Below, in pieces: positions 18,121 through 26,294 of a stretch of 40,781 bases of DNA (its first letter is position 1; every line of letters begins with the position of its first letter). The stretch is from an uncultured Muribaculaceae bacterium (GTDB lineage: Bacteria > Bacillota_I > Bacilli_A > RF39 > UBA660). Under the pieces are notes generated by a model that was not told where the DNA came from, did not search any database, and worked only from the letters and a program-made list of their open reading frames with translations. The translations under genes were made by a program, and so were the position numbers. The stretch lies in assembly GCA_964538005.1 (NCBI GenBank), contig CAZIDO010000002.1:1-40781 (forward strand), given 5' to 3'.

Positions 18121-18215
18121 TACTTAATTTTAAACAATAGTTAAAAAAATCTAGACAAAAACTAGATTTTTTCATGTCCACTATTGAAAATACATATACT
18201 TCATTAGGTGATTAG

Positions 18216-18881
18216 ATGTTTAATTATAAATTGGGTATTATTTTAGTTTTTGTAGCGGCATTATTAACTTTCAATTTTGTTAGTGCTAAAAATAAAGATT
18301 TACCATTACTGTCAAAAGTAATTTATTTAGATCCGGGGCATGGTGGGATTGACTGTGGAGCTTTTTATAAAGATGTTAAAGAATCGGATTTAAATTTAGA
18401 GCTTAGCAACAGTATAATGAAAGCTTTAAAAGCAGATGGAGCTACTGTATATTTAACCAGATATGACGACTATGATTTATCAGTTAATAATGCATATAAT
18501 CGAAAAAGAAGTGATTTATCAAGAAGAGCAAATATCATTAATAAATCAGGATGCGATATGTTTATTTCTGTTCATTTAAATGCTGATGCGACTGAAACCT
18601 GGACTGGTGCGCAAGTATACTATGATAATATAAACTCAGAAAACGTTAAAATAGCAGATATTATGCAAGAAGAATTAAAACGTTATTTAAAAACCACTAG
18701 AGAATATAAAGAAAATAATACAAAGTATATGCAACATCGTATCAATCGACCGGGAGTTTTGTTAGAAGCTGGTTTCATGTCGAACGCTAATGAAAGATAT
18801 TTGCTACAGCAAACATCGTATCAAGATAAAATAGCAGAGGTCGTTAGGAAATCCATTGTAAAATATTATAAGAGTTTATAG
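18216..18881 (+). CDS. cwlD: N-acetylmuramoyl-L-alanine amidase, CwlD-like (Amidase_3)
   Basis: IYLDPGHGGIDCGA, SVHLNA and LEAGFMSN motifs, an N-terminal anchor, and a location downstream of rplM-rpsI as in Bacillus. Confidence 0.75.
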   Translation: MFNYKLGIILVFVAALLTFNFVSAKNKDLPLLSKVIYLDPGHGGIDCGAFYKDVKESDLNLELSNSIMKALKADGATVYLTRYDDYDLSVNNAYNRKRSDLSRRANIINKSGCDMFISVHLNADATETWTGAQVYYDNINSENVKIADIMQEELKRYLKTTREYKENNTKYMQHRINRPGVLLEAGFMSNANERYLLQQTSYQDKIAEVVRKSIVKYYKSL

Positions 18882-18916
18882 TTTTCAAATATCTATCACA
18901 AAAGCATGATAAAATA

Positions 18917-18925
18917 TGCTATAAT
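18917..18925 (+). promoter_or_regulatory. Extended -10 element (TGcTATAAT) upstream of the Abi gene
   Basis: TGCTATAAT at 18917-18925, followed by RBS AGGTGA and ATG 18944. Confidence 0.4.
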
Positions 18926-18934
18926 TAATAATAG

Positions 18935-19876
18935 GTGAAAAGTATGACTAATAAAATATTTAGAACAATTGATGAACAAATCGATATATTAAAATCAAAA
19001 GGCTTAGTAATAACTGATGATGATAGAGCTAGAGACATTCTATTTAGAGAAAACTATTTCTTTATCAGTGGATATCGTCATATGTTTATGGCTGATAATA
19101 AACCAAATCGTTTTTTGCCAGGCACGAATTTTGAAGAATTATATGCGACGTTTACCTTTGATCGTAAACTCAGAAATACGTTTTTTAAAAATATTTTAAT
19201 AGTAGAGAACAACATTAAATCTATTATTAGTTATCAATTATCAAAGAAATATGGATTTAGGGATAAAGATTATCTAAATCCTAAAAACTTTACTCAAGAC
19301 AAGCTCGCTGATCGCCAAGTTAGAGATATTTTAAATAAGGTCCATAGACAGATTAGAGTCAATGGGCGTCAGCATACGGCGACAATGCATTATATCGACA
19401 ATTATGGATATATTCCAATGTGGATTTTAGTAAAAGTTTTATCTTTCGGAATTATGGGCGAATTTTATGGCATATTAAAAACAGATGATAAACAAGCTAT
19501 CGCCAATTTTTATCATCTCGATGGTGAATTGTTAGAAATATATTTAACAATTATCTCTAATTTCAGAAACGTATGTGCTCATGAAGATATTTTATATGAC
19601 CATCATACACAAAGATTATTACCTGATACTAAATATCATGAACTTCTAAATATTCCTACCATTGATGATGTGTATAAATATGGTAAGAATGATTTATATT
19701 GTTTAATTATAATGTTAAAACAATTGCTACGTAAAGAAGAATTTGAAGATATGATGAATGAAATAAAATGGGAAGTTGACACTTTGGATGAAGCTGTTGA
19801 TACAGTTTCCCTTAATAGTATTTTAAATAAAATTGGATTCCCAGATAATTGGTATGAAATAAAAAATCTAAATTAG
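18935..19876 (+). CDS. Abi_2 (AbiD/AbiF-like) abortive-infection protein
   Basis: The N-terminus ...TIDEQIDILKSKGLVITDDDRARDILFRENYFFISGYRHMF and the later NFRNVCAHEDILYD are typical of the Abi_2 family. The likely start is ATG 18944. Confidence 0.8.
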   Translation: MKSMTNKIFRTIDEQIDILKSKGLVITDDDRARDILFRENYFFISGYRHMFMADNKPNRFLPGTNFEELYATFTFDRKLRNTFFKNILIVENNIKSIISYQLSKKYGFRDKDYLNPKNFTQDKLADRQVRDILNKVHRQIRVNGRQHTATMHYIDNYGYIPMWILVKVLSFGIMGEFYGILKTDDKQAIANFYHLDGELLEIYLTIISNFRNVCAHEDILYDHHTQRLLPDTKYHELLNIPTIDDVYKYGKNDLYCLIIMLKQLLRKEEFEDMMNEIKWEVDTLDEAVDTVSLNSILNKIGFPDNWYEIKNLN

Positions 19877-19885
19877 GAGGAAATA

Positions 19886-20959
19886 ATGCGCGAAAGAATA
19901 ATTGGAATTGTAGTTGTATTAATAGTTGTAATGGTTGGGGTTCTCGGGACTTTATATTTGACTAACCTAAATAAAGAAACAGTTGATACAGGAACTCATA
20001 AAAATATTACAATCAAAGAATCAGACACAATTAACCCAGCAATCGAAAAAGTATATGATTCAGTAGTTGCAGTTGAAGCTTTTAACAGTAATCGTCAAAC
20101 AAGTTCTGGTTCAGGGTTTGTCTATAAAAAAGATAATAAATATGGGTATATTATGACTAATAATCATGTTGTTGAAGGTGCAACGACTTTAAAAGTTGTT
20201 GATATGAATGGTAATGAAATTGATGCTACTTTATTAGGCCGCGATAGTTATACAGATATTGCGATATTAAAAATAGATGTGGATAAAGTATTGTCCGTGG
20301 CGTCAATTGGTGATAATTTAGAATCTAAATTAGGAGATTCAGTCTTTACGGTTGGAACTCCGATTGATAGTGAGTATATTGGAACAGTTACCAAAGGTAT
20401 ATTATCTGGCGTAAATCGTACCATTACAGTAAGTAGTGAAACAAGTGGAAAATACATGATGGAAGTTTTACAAACTGATGCTTCAATTAATCCTGGTAAT
20501 AGTGGTGGTCCATTAGTAAATATTAATGGGGAAGTTATTGGAGTTACTTCAATGAAACTAGTAACTGATTCCATTGAAGGTATGGGGTTTGCTATTCCTG
20601 TAGAAATAGCTATGGCCCATGTCGGCAAACTAGAAAAAGGTGAAACTATTGAAAGACCATATATTGGAATTTCACTATATGATTTATCAAATGCTTATAA
20701 TTCAGATGTTAAAAAAGATAATTTAGATTATGGTGTAATTGTTGCCAATACAGCGGATAATTCACCAGCGGCTGAATCAGGCTTAAAAACTAATGATATT
20801 ATTTTGACCGTTGATGGAACGAAAGTTAAAAATAGCGCTCATTTTAAATACATGTTATATAAACATGATATTGGTGATAATGTTAAATTAAAAGTTAAAC
20901 GTGATGGTAAAGAAATTGAAATATCATTAAAATTAGATAAAAATTTAGGGGAAAGTTAA
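19886..20959 (+). CDS. htrA: HtrA/DegP-family serine protease (trypsin-like domain + PDZ)
   Basis: N-terminal TM anchor; catalytic His/Asp regions (TNNHVV, DIAILK); GNSGGPL catalytic Ser motif; C-terminal PDZ-like domain. Confidence 0.9.
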   Translation: MRERIIGIVVVLIVVMVGVLGTLYLTNLNKETVDTGTHKNITIKESDTINPAIEKVYDSVVAVEAFNSNRQTSSGSGFVYKKDNKYGYIMTNNHVVEGATTLKVVDMNGNEIDATLLGRDSYTDIAILKIDVDKVLSVASIGDNLESKLGDSVFTVGTPIDSEYIGTVTKGILSGVNRTITVSSETSGKYMMEVLQTDASINPGNSGGPLVNINGEVIGVTSMKLVTDSIEGMGFAIPVEIAMAHVGKLEKGETIERPYIGISLYDLSNAYNSDVKKDNLDYGVIVANTADNSPAAESGLKTNDIILTVDGTKVKNSAHFKYMLYKHDIGDNVKLKVKRDGKEIEISLKLDKNLGES

Positions 20960-21009
20960 TTTCCCTTTTATTGAAATAATTTTTAATATAGTTTATAATT
21001 AAAAATAGA

Positions 21010-21837
21010 TTGGAGCTGAAAAAAATGTGGGATAGAAAACAAGTCAAACAAGATGGAAAAAAGCAATTTAAAAAGAACTATTGGCCGTTTGTTATAATTT
21101 GTTTTTTGCTAGCATTTTTAGGATGCGAATATAGCTCATCTACAGCTGTTATCCATAGTAATAACAATAGCGCTGCAATAACTAACAATGTTATTTATTC
21201 GACAGAACATTTAACTAATATGAATGTTTTAGGTGCCGAAGATAATTTAATATCTACTGCTACTGAAATGGTTACTAATATTAATGCTTATATATTTAAG
21301 CTGATAGGATCAGTGATGGAATTTTTTAATAATGATTACACAGCGGCTTTTTTATTAGGTTTAGTTTGTATGGTTCAATTTTGTTATGTGCTATTTATAT
21401 GTAATCCATTTGTTGTCGGAAGTCGTAAGTTTTTTATCGAAAACAGAAATAATGAAAATGCTAAAATAAGTAATGTATTATATCCAGTTAAGTGTGGTAA
21501 TTTTTTGAATATAGTTAAAATAATGTTTATGCAATTAGTATATTTAACTTTATGGATCTTAACAATTATTGGAGTTTTTATAAAAATGTATGAATATCGT
21601 TTAATTCCATATATTTTAGCTGAAACCCCCGAATTAAGTTCTAAAGAAGTATTTGCCAAATCAAGAAATATGATGAGAGGAAATAAATGGAAAGTATTTG
21701 TTTTTGATTTTTCGTTTATTGGTTGGTATCTATTAACTGCTTTAACTTTTGGATTAGCTGGTATTTTCTATAGTAATCCATATAAATCAGCATCAATGAC
21801 GGAAATATATTTTACACTAAAAGAAAACATAAGCTAA
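21010..21837 (+). CDS. DUF975-family membrane protein
   Basis: MRGNKWKVFVFDFSFIGWYLL... is a typical DUF975 C-terminal region. The likely start is ATG 21025. Confidence 0.7.
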   Translation: MELKKMWDRKQVKQDGKKQFKKNYWPFVIICFLLAFLGCEYSSSTAVIHSNNNSAAITNNVIYSTEHLTNMNVLGAEDNLISTATEMVTNINAYIFKLIGSVMEFFNNDYTAAFLLGLVCMVQFCYVLFICNPFVVGSRKFFIENRNNENAKISNVLYPVKCGNFLNIVKIMFMQLVYLTLWILTIIGVFIKMYEYRLIPYILAETPELSSKEVFAKSRNMMRGNKWKVFVFDFSFIGWYLLTALTFGLAGIFYSNPYKSASMTEIYFTLKENIS

Positions 21838-21839
21838 AC

Positions 21840-22394
21840 TTATGTTTTTGTTTGATTATACGTAATACCTTCACCCATATTAGGATGGTAGTGGCTATAT
21901 ATGGCATCTCCAGTAAATAATATAATTAGAAAAATACAGATGGTTATTTGAGCTTTTTTAGAAACAAGGTTAAATCCTTTACTAAAGAATGGTTCAGCAA
22001 CATACAAGACGATGCAACCGGCAATTCCAAAAACAACCGCTCCTTCTAAACATATTCGGCCATTGATATTAATTAAATAATTGCTGTAGTCCCACCAGCG
22101 TAGCCCTGTGGTGAGTTCTAAGATATAACTAGCAAGGTATTTCATGGTGGTACAAATTAATAAGGATAGGATAAAAACCAAAACAGGTTTCTTTTTTGAT
22201 TTTTTTAAGAAAAATAAAATTAAAATGCCACCACTACCAAATATCGGTAGCCAAGGTCCGTGCATACTTCCAGTATTAATTAGATTGCCCGTTTGAACAA
22301 GTTTTAATCCAACTTCCCATATATAACCGATAATTGAAAAAATGAAAAATAGAAATATATAGCTTAAAATACTATTGATAATATCTTTTTTCAA
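21840..22394 (-). CDS. Membrane protein of the 'putative ABC-transporter type IV' (CmpB-like) family
   Basis: IGYIWEVGLKLVQTGNLINTGSMHGPWLPIFGSGG matches that family's N-terminal signature. Predicted 5-6 TM helices. Confidence 0.6.
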   Translation of the reverse strand: MKKDIINSILSYIFLFFIFSIIGYIWEVGLKLVQTGNLINTGSMHGPWLPIFGSGGILILFFLKKSKKKPVLVFILSLLICTTMKYLASYILELTTGLRWWDYSNYLININGRICLEGAVVFGIAGCIVLYVAEPFFSKGFNLVSKKAQITICIFLIILFTGDAIYSHYHPNMGEGITYNQTKT

Positions 22395-22555
22395 GCTATC
22401 ACTTCCTTACTATCATTTTAACAGAAAATATGACAAATTTCTACATTAAATAAGTAATAAATTTATCTGCGTGAATTTTCTTTTGGAAGTCCGTTTTAAA
22501 TAAATAACGTACTTAAGTCTGTTTATAGTATAATATTTTTATTATGTAAATTATT

Positions 22556-22582
22556 TTAAACAAAAAACAATATTATATTGTT
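22556..22582 (-). terminator. Rho-independent terminator of the SleB/CwlJ-like gene
   Basis: On the minus strand, stem AAACAATAT/ATATTGTTT is followed by TTTTGTTT. Confidence 0.55.
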
Positions 22583-23008
22583 TTAATGTATTTCTGGGCA
22601 TTCACCAGGTGCTGGCTGATAAAAGCAATGGCCTTTATATCTTCCGGTATTGTCTTGATCCCACCAAGTTGCCTTACATGCCTGACCTGTTGTTGGAGCA
22701 TAAAACCACAACGCATTTGTTGCTGGATGAAAGTATTCTCCTTTAATCACGCGGTCAGCTAGTCTTTTTTCTAAAGTCGTAGGATTACTAAAAAATAACG
22801 GACTATCTTTTCCAGAAAAACCTCCTGGGGTTTGATAAATCACTTCAGGAATTGTTCTTGTGTTTTTGAAAGTCAAACAGTTAGCAATGCCTCTGTTAAC
22901 GACAACGTTACCAACCATCAGCATTCCGAGGTCACCTTCCCCAATAGCTTCTGCTCGCATTAGACGAGCTAACATATCACGGTCTTTATCTGTCGATTGT
23001 ATAATCAT
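22583..23008 (-). CDS. SleB/CwlJ-family cell-wall (spore cortex-lytic) hydrolase
   Basis: MLARLMRAEAIGEGDLGMLMVGNVVVNR ... QTPGGFSG ... is the Hydrolase_2 (SleB/CwlJ) signature. No signal peptide, so CwlJ-like. Confidence 0.85.
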   Translation of the reverse strand: MIIQSTDKDRDMLARLMRAEAIGEGDLGMLMVGNVVVNRGIANCLTFKNTRTIPEVIYQTPGGFSGKDSPLFFSNPTTLEKRLADRVIKGEYFHPATNALWFYAPTTGQACKATWWDQDNTGRYKGHCFYQPAPGECPEIH

Positions 23009-23047
23009 ATAATCACCTAATATAATATATGAAATATATCAAAGTTA

Positions 23048-23076
23048 TTGAATAAATTATTAGTATATGTTATAAT
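23048..23076 (+). promoter_or_regulatory. Sigma-A-type promoter for tRNA-Trp
   Basis: TTGAAT (23048-23053), 17-nt spacer, TATAAT (23071-23076). Confidence 0.6.
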
Positions 23077-23092
23077 TAATTTAACCCAAAAT

Positions 23093-23168
23093 AGGGGCAT
23101 AGTTCAGCTGGTAGAACGTTGGTCTCCAAAACCAAATGTCGTGGGTTCAAATCCTGCTGCCCCTGCCA
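23093..23168 (+). tRNA. trnW: tRNA-Trp (anticodon CCA)
   Basis: 76 nt. Acceptor stem AGGGGCA/TGCCCCT; anticodon stem TTGGT/ACCAA with loop CTCCAAA; T-loop TTCAAAT; encoded 3' CCA. Confidence 0.93.
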
Positions 23169-23257
23169 TAAGAATGTAATCGAACTAAGAGGTTCGTTTG
23201 AGATAAACTTGGTACGATATAGTGTCAAGTTTTTATTTAATGGAGGAGGGAATTAAT

Positions 23258-23356
23258 ATGATTAAAGTTAGTGTAATTATACCAGTCTATAACGCTGAAA
23301 GATTTCTGCAAGAATGTTTGGAGTCTATCTCTGTTCAAACCTTAAAAGAAATTTAA
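23258..23356 (+). pseudogene. N-terminal fragment of a family-2 glycosyltransferase (32 codons)
   Basis: Strong RBS GGAGGAGGG. MIKVSVIIPVYNAERFLQECLESISVQTLKEI is the canonical GT2 N-terminus, but it stops after 32 aa. Confidence 0.6.
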
Positions 23357-23400
23357 ATAATAATTATATAAAAACCCAATTTTTATAAAGGAGGACAAAA

Positions 23401-23871
23401 ATGGAAATAAAAAAATTTAGTGAAATAGACAGTGAGATATTGAATCGTATTATCAATAAACATTTTACGCATTGGTCACACTTTTCAAGTTCAATGGATT
23501 TAAAAGATACACAAGAAAAATTTAGAAATTTATATGCCATTAATGATAATATCCCATTTGGAATTGCATTACTTGAGGATAATAACTTGATAGGCTTTTG
23601 TGTATTAAAAATGGAGTGTTTAAAGAAATATTCTCAGTTTTTCCCATGGATTTCTGATGTAATGATTTTTGATGAATTTCGTGGAAAAGGTTATGGAAAA
23701 ATAATGATAGATGAAGCTCTAAAAATATTAGCCGTTTTAGGGTATGAGCAAGCGTATTTATGGACTGATCAAGCACCCGAATTTTATCAAAAAATAGGTT
23801 TTACTTATTTACAACAGGTAGAAAAAAACGAAGGCGGATTTGGGCAATTATTTTGTAAAAAAACAAAATAA
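23401..23871 (+). CDS. GNAT-family N-acetyltransferase
   Basis: Acetyl-CoA-binding motif FRGKGYGKIMIDEAL. RBS AAGGAGG. Confidence 0.85.
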   Translation: MEIKKFSEIDSEILNRIINKHFTHWSHFSSSMDLKDTQEKFRNLYAINDNIPFGIALLEDNNLIGFCVLKMECLKKYSQFFPWISDVMIFDEFRGKGYGKIMIDEALKILAVLGYEQAYLWTDQAPEFYQKIGFTYLQQVEKNEGGFGQLFCKKTK

Positions 23872-23906
23872 AAAAATTATATTTTTACATATAATAATTT
23901 AGATAG

Positions 23907-24221
23907 GTGATGGGAATGAACGTTGATAAAAAAGATTTAATTTTGTATAATTCATATGGTGGTGCAAGAGATAATGGATATAGGGTAGTATATTTTTATA
24001 AAGATTATTATAAGGTTGGAGCATATGCAAGTGAAATTGAAAATTTTATGTATGATTTCGTTGAAGATTCACCAATAGAAGATACTAATGATGTTCCTAA
24101 ATTTATTTCAGTTGATGATATCCTTGAAAGGAAATTAAATACACTTCCAGATATATTTGGGGTAGCTATTTATAATATAAATGGGGATTTAGTTTCGAAG
24201 AAAGAAAAAAATCTATATTAA
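23907..24221 (+). CDS. Hypothetical protein (about 101-104 aa)
   Basis: ORF with RBS AGGTGA. The likely start is ATG 23916. Followed by a hairpin and T-run (about 24228-24262). No family recognised. Confidence 0.45.
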   Translation: MMGMNVDKKDLILYNSYGGARDNGYRVVYFYKDYYKVGAYASEIENFMYDFVEDSPIEDTNDVPKFISVDDILERKLNTLPDIFGVAIYNINGDLVSKKEKNLY

Positions 24222-24267
24222 AATAAACTGGGTATATTTATATCCGGTTTTTATTACAAATCATCAT

Positions 24268-24683
24268 AGAAAAATTTGAAAAAACTGGCGTTAAAGGGAA
24301 GCAGTTATTGGTGATGGTGTATATTCAGAAAAAGATAATTTGGAATATTGTAATAATACGGATATAAAAAATGTAAGTATTGTCCTTTTAAAGGGCGATT
24401 ATAAAGAAAATAGTAAAACGAAAACATATAGTGTGAAAATTAAAGATGAAGTTCATATTCAACATATGGATTATATGAAAATAGAAAAATTTGAAAACCT
24501 ATATCATGAAAGATATAAAATTTAAGCGAAGAATGCCGAACTTAAAAACAACTATAATTATGGGAATGCGGATTCCTGTGGAAAACTAGGCATTACAATA
24601 CGAGGGGCAACTACGCTCTTTTTAACCAATATAAAAAGAATAATTAAATTAAGCGAAGAAAAGAACAAGAATATAGGCTGAAG
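24268..24683 (+). mobile_element. Degraded C-terminal remnant of an IS1182-like (DDE) transposase gene
   Basis: Translations ..AVIGDGVYSEKDNLEYC.., ..KTKTYSVKIKDEVHIQHMDYMKIEKFENLYHERYKI*AKNAELKNNYNYGNA..GITIRGATTLFLTNIKRIIKL match the conserved C-terminus of IS1182-type transposases. The remnant carries a frameshift near 24300, an internal deletion and an in-frame TAA. The N-terminal two thirds are absent. Confidence 0.6.
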
Positions 24684-24769
24684 TGTAGCTTATAGCTCTT
24701 TATTTTGTTCACTTTTTCAGCAGTCTCTCAAAAAGGTCCCTATTTTTTTAAACATGATGCCATAATAAA

Positions 24770-24797
24770 AACACGACAATTGTAAAGCGTGTTTTTT
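24770..24797 (+). terminator. Rho-independent terminator-like hairpin
   Basis: Stem AACACG/CGTGTT around a 12-nt loop, then a T-run (24792-24797). The loop contains ACAATTGT. Confidence 0.45.
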
Positions 24798-24897
24798 GCG
24801 CTGGTTCGGGTACATAACAAAGCAATGAAACCCAATTAACGCATCAAATGCCAATTTGAAACTAAAAAATTTATTTTTATTCTCTTAAAACTAACCA

Positions 24898-25239
24898 TCA
24901 GTTGTTAAAAATAAAATTCAATAAACAAAAATTAGAATTAGAGCAATTTATTTCGTTACATTTCCTTTTTTTATTTTTACATACACAAATAGTATAATTT
25001 AATGACTTCGGAATTCTTAATGAGTAATTACCACATAAGTTAGTTATTGTGCTGGCAATCTTTAATCCACATTGATATATAGTTACCTTAGCGCATGACA
25101 GTCCAACAATACATTCTTTTTCTTTTGAGTAATACATACAAGTACCACATAAAATCAATTCATCTTCTAAAATCAAGTCTAAATTTATCTCATTATTATT
25201 TACAAATATTTTTTTAGACGTTGTAAAAGTCGAATTCAT
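24898..25239 (-). CDS. Small Cys-rich protein (113 aa, 11 Cys) with a CarboxypepD_reg-like beta-sandwich pattern
   Basis: Its start lies 1 nt after the upstream stop (TAAaATG), which suggests coupling. The pattern ...AKVTIYQCGLKIASTITNLCGNYSLRIPKSLNYTICV resembles the domain repeated in the upstream gene. No signal peptide. Confidence 0.55.
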   Translation of the reverse strand: MNSTFTTSKKIFVNNNEINLDLILEDELILCGTCMYYSKEKECIVGLSCAKVTIYQCGLKIASTITNLCGNYSLRIPKSLNYTICVCKNKKRKCNEINCSNSNFCLLNFIFNN

Positions 25240-25240
25240 T

Positions 25241-26101
25241 TTAAATAATCTCTGATTTTTTAGATTTCACGATATATGTACCATTAGTAACACTACCAAA
25301 CATGTATCTTCCATTAGTGTTTGTATAGGTGTTTGCCGTAAGAATCTCATTAATACCATTTATTCTGTATAAGCCCACAAAGGCATTTGGTACTACTATT
25401 CCTGAAATTGTTTTGACTTGTCCTGAAACCGTTGAACCAATATTCCCGACACTGCTTTTTAGTGACATATCCCCATTAAATTTTTGTTTATCAGATAACT
25501 CAACATTAGATACCTCTTCCGAATTATATCCATCTTTCTCATAGGAAAGTGTATACGTCCCATTATCAATATTTTCAATTATGAACTCGCCATCTTTAAT
25601 GCTTGTAGTTGTTGCTTTTAAATTACCGTTTTCATTAGTCCCTTGGTATAAAAGTATTTCAGCGCCTACTAAATATGCCCCTGTATTAAAATCTTTTATT
25701 TTCCCGTAAATTACATTTTTAGACATTTTAGCATTAGGCGTTATTACTAAGTTCATTGTTACTGGAATAATTGTCGAAATCGGTAAAGTAAGCCCTACTG
25801 ATAAGATATAACCATCTTTAACCGCAGATATTAGATATACACCAAGTGGTAAACTTCCAATTGTATAACTTCCATCGCCATTTGTCACCGTATGATTATA
25901 CGGAGTACCATCGCTTTTAAAAACTTTAACCGTTGCGCCACTAACAACATTTCCTGTTAGGAAAGTAGTATCATATACTTTTCCTTTGACACTTCCTGTG
26001 GTAATTGTTGTAGCATTACTTAGATTTAAATTAATATCCTGTTCACTATTTTTTAATTCAAATGATTCTGACGCTGATAATTCCAATTTATCACTATTCA
26101 T
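25241..26101 (-). CDS. Protein with three tandem CarboxypepD_reg-like (prealbumin-fold) domains, no signal peptide
   Basis: The pattern repeats three times: GKVYD..VSGATVKVFKSDGTPYNHTVTNGDGSYTIGSLPLGVYLISAVKDGY; GKIKD..LVGAEILLYQ...TTTSIKDGEFIIENIDNGTYTLSYEKDGY; GQVKT..VPNAFVGLYR...TYTNTNGRYMFGSVTNGTYIVKS. RBS GAGGAGGG. Confidence 0.75.
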   Translation of the reverse strand: MNSDKLELSASESFELKNSEQDINLNLSNATTITTGSVKGKVYDTTFLTGNVVSGATVKVFKSDGTPYNHTVTNGDGSYTIGSLPLGVYLISAVKDGYILSVGLTLPISTIIPVTMNLVITPNAKMSKNVIYGKIKDFNTGAYLVGAEILLYQGTNENGNLKATTTSIKDGEFIIENIDNGTYTLSYEKDGYNSEEVSNVELSDKQKFNGDMSLKSSVGNIGSTVSGQVKTISGIVVPNAFVGLYRINGINEILTANTYTNTNGRYMFGSVTNGTYIVKSKKSEII

Positions 26102-26260
26102 TTGTATCCCTCCTCGTATTATATAATATGGTTCTTTTTATTTATTGATAAGGTCATCTTAATTATAATTTTCTAATGCTTACTGTAGGATAATTAATTT
26201 CAAAATAATAATCACTAAACCAAATTATTCAAAAATTCACAAGAGTGGTTTTATGTAATA

Positions 26261-26288
26261 ACCACATTTACATACTCCTCATATTATA
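26261..26288 (+). promoter_or_regulatory. Sigma-K-like (late mother-cell) promoter candidate
   Basis: AC (26261-26262), 17-nt spacer, CATAttaTA (26280-26288). This matches the B. subtilis-type AC-N16-17-CATAnnnTA pattern, 33 nt upstream of ATG 26322. The match is low-information in AT-rich DNA. Confidence 0.35.
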
Positions 26289-26294
26289 TTTTAG

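Noticed and set aside
24340-24525. 61-aa ORF (MEYCNNTDIKNV...).
   Set aside because: It is simply the surviving open stretch of the degraded IS1182-like transposase C-terminus, starting at an internal Met. It is not an independent gene.
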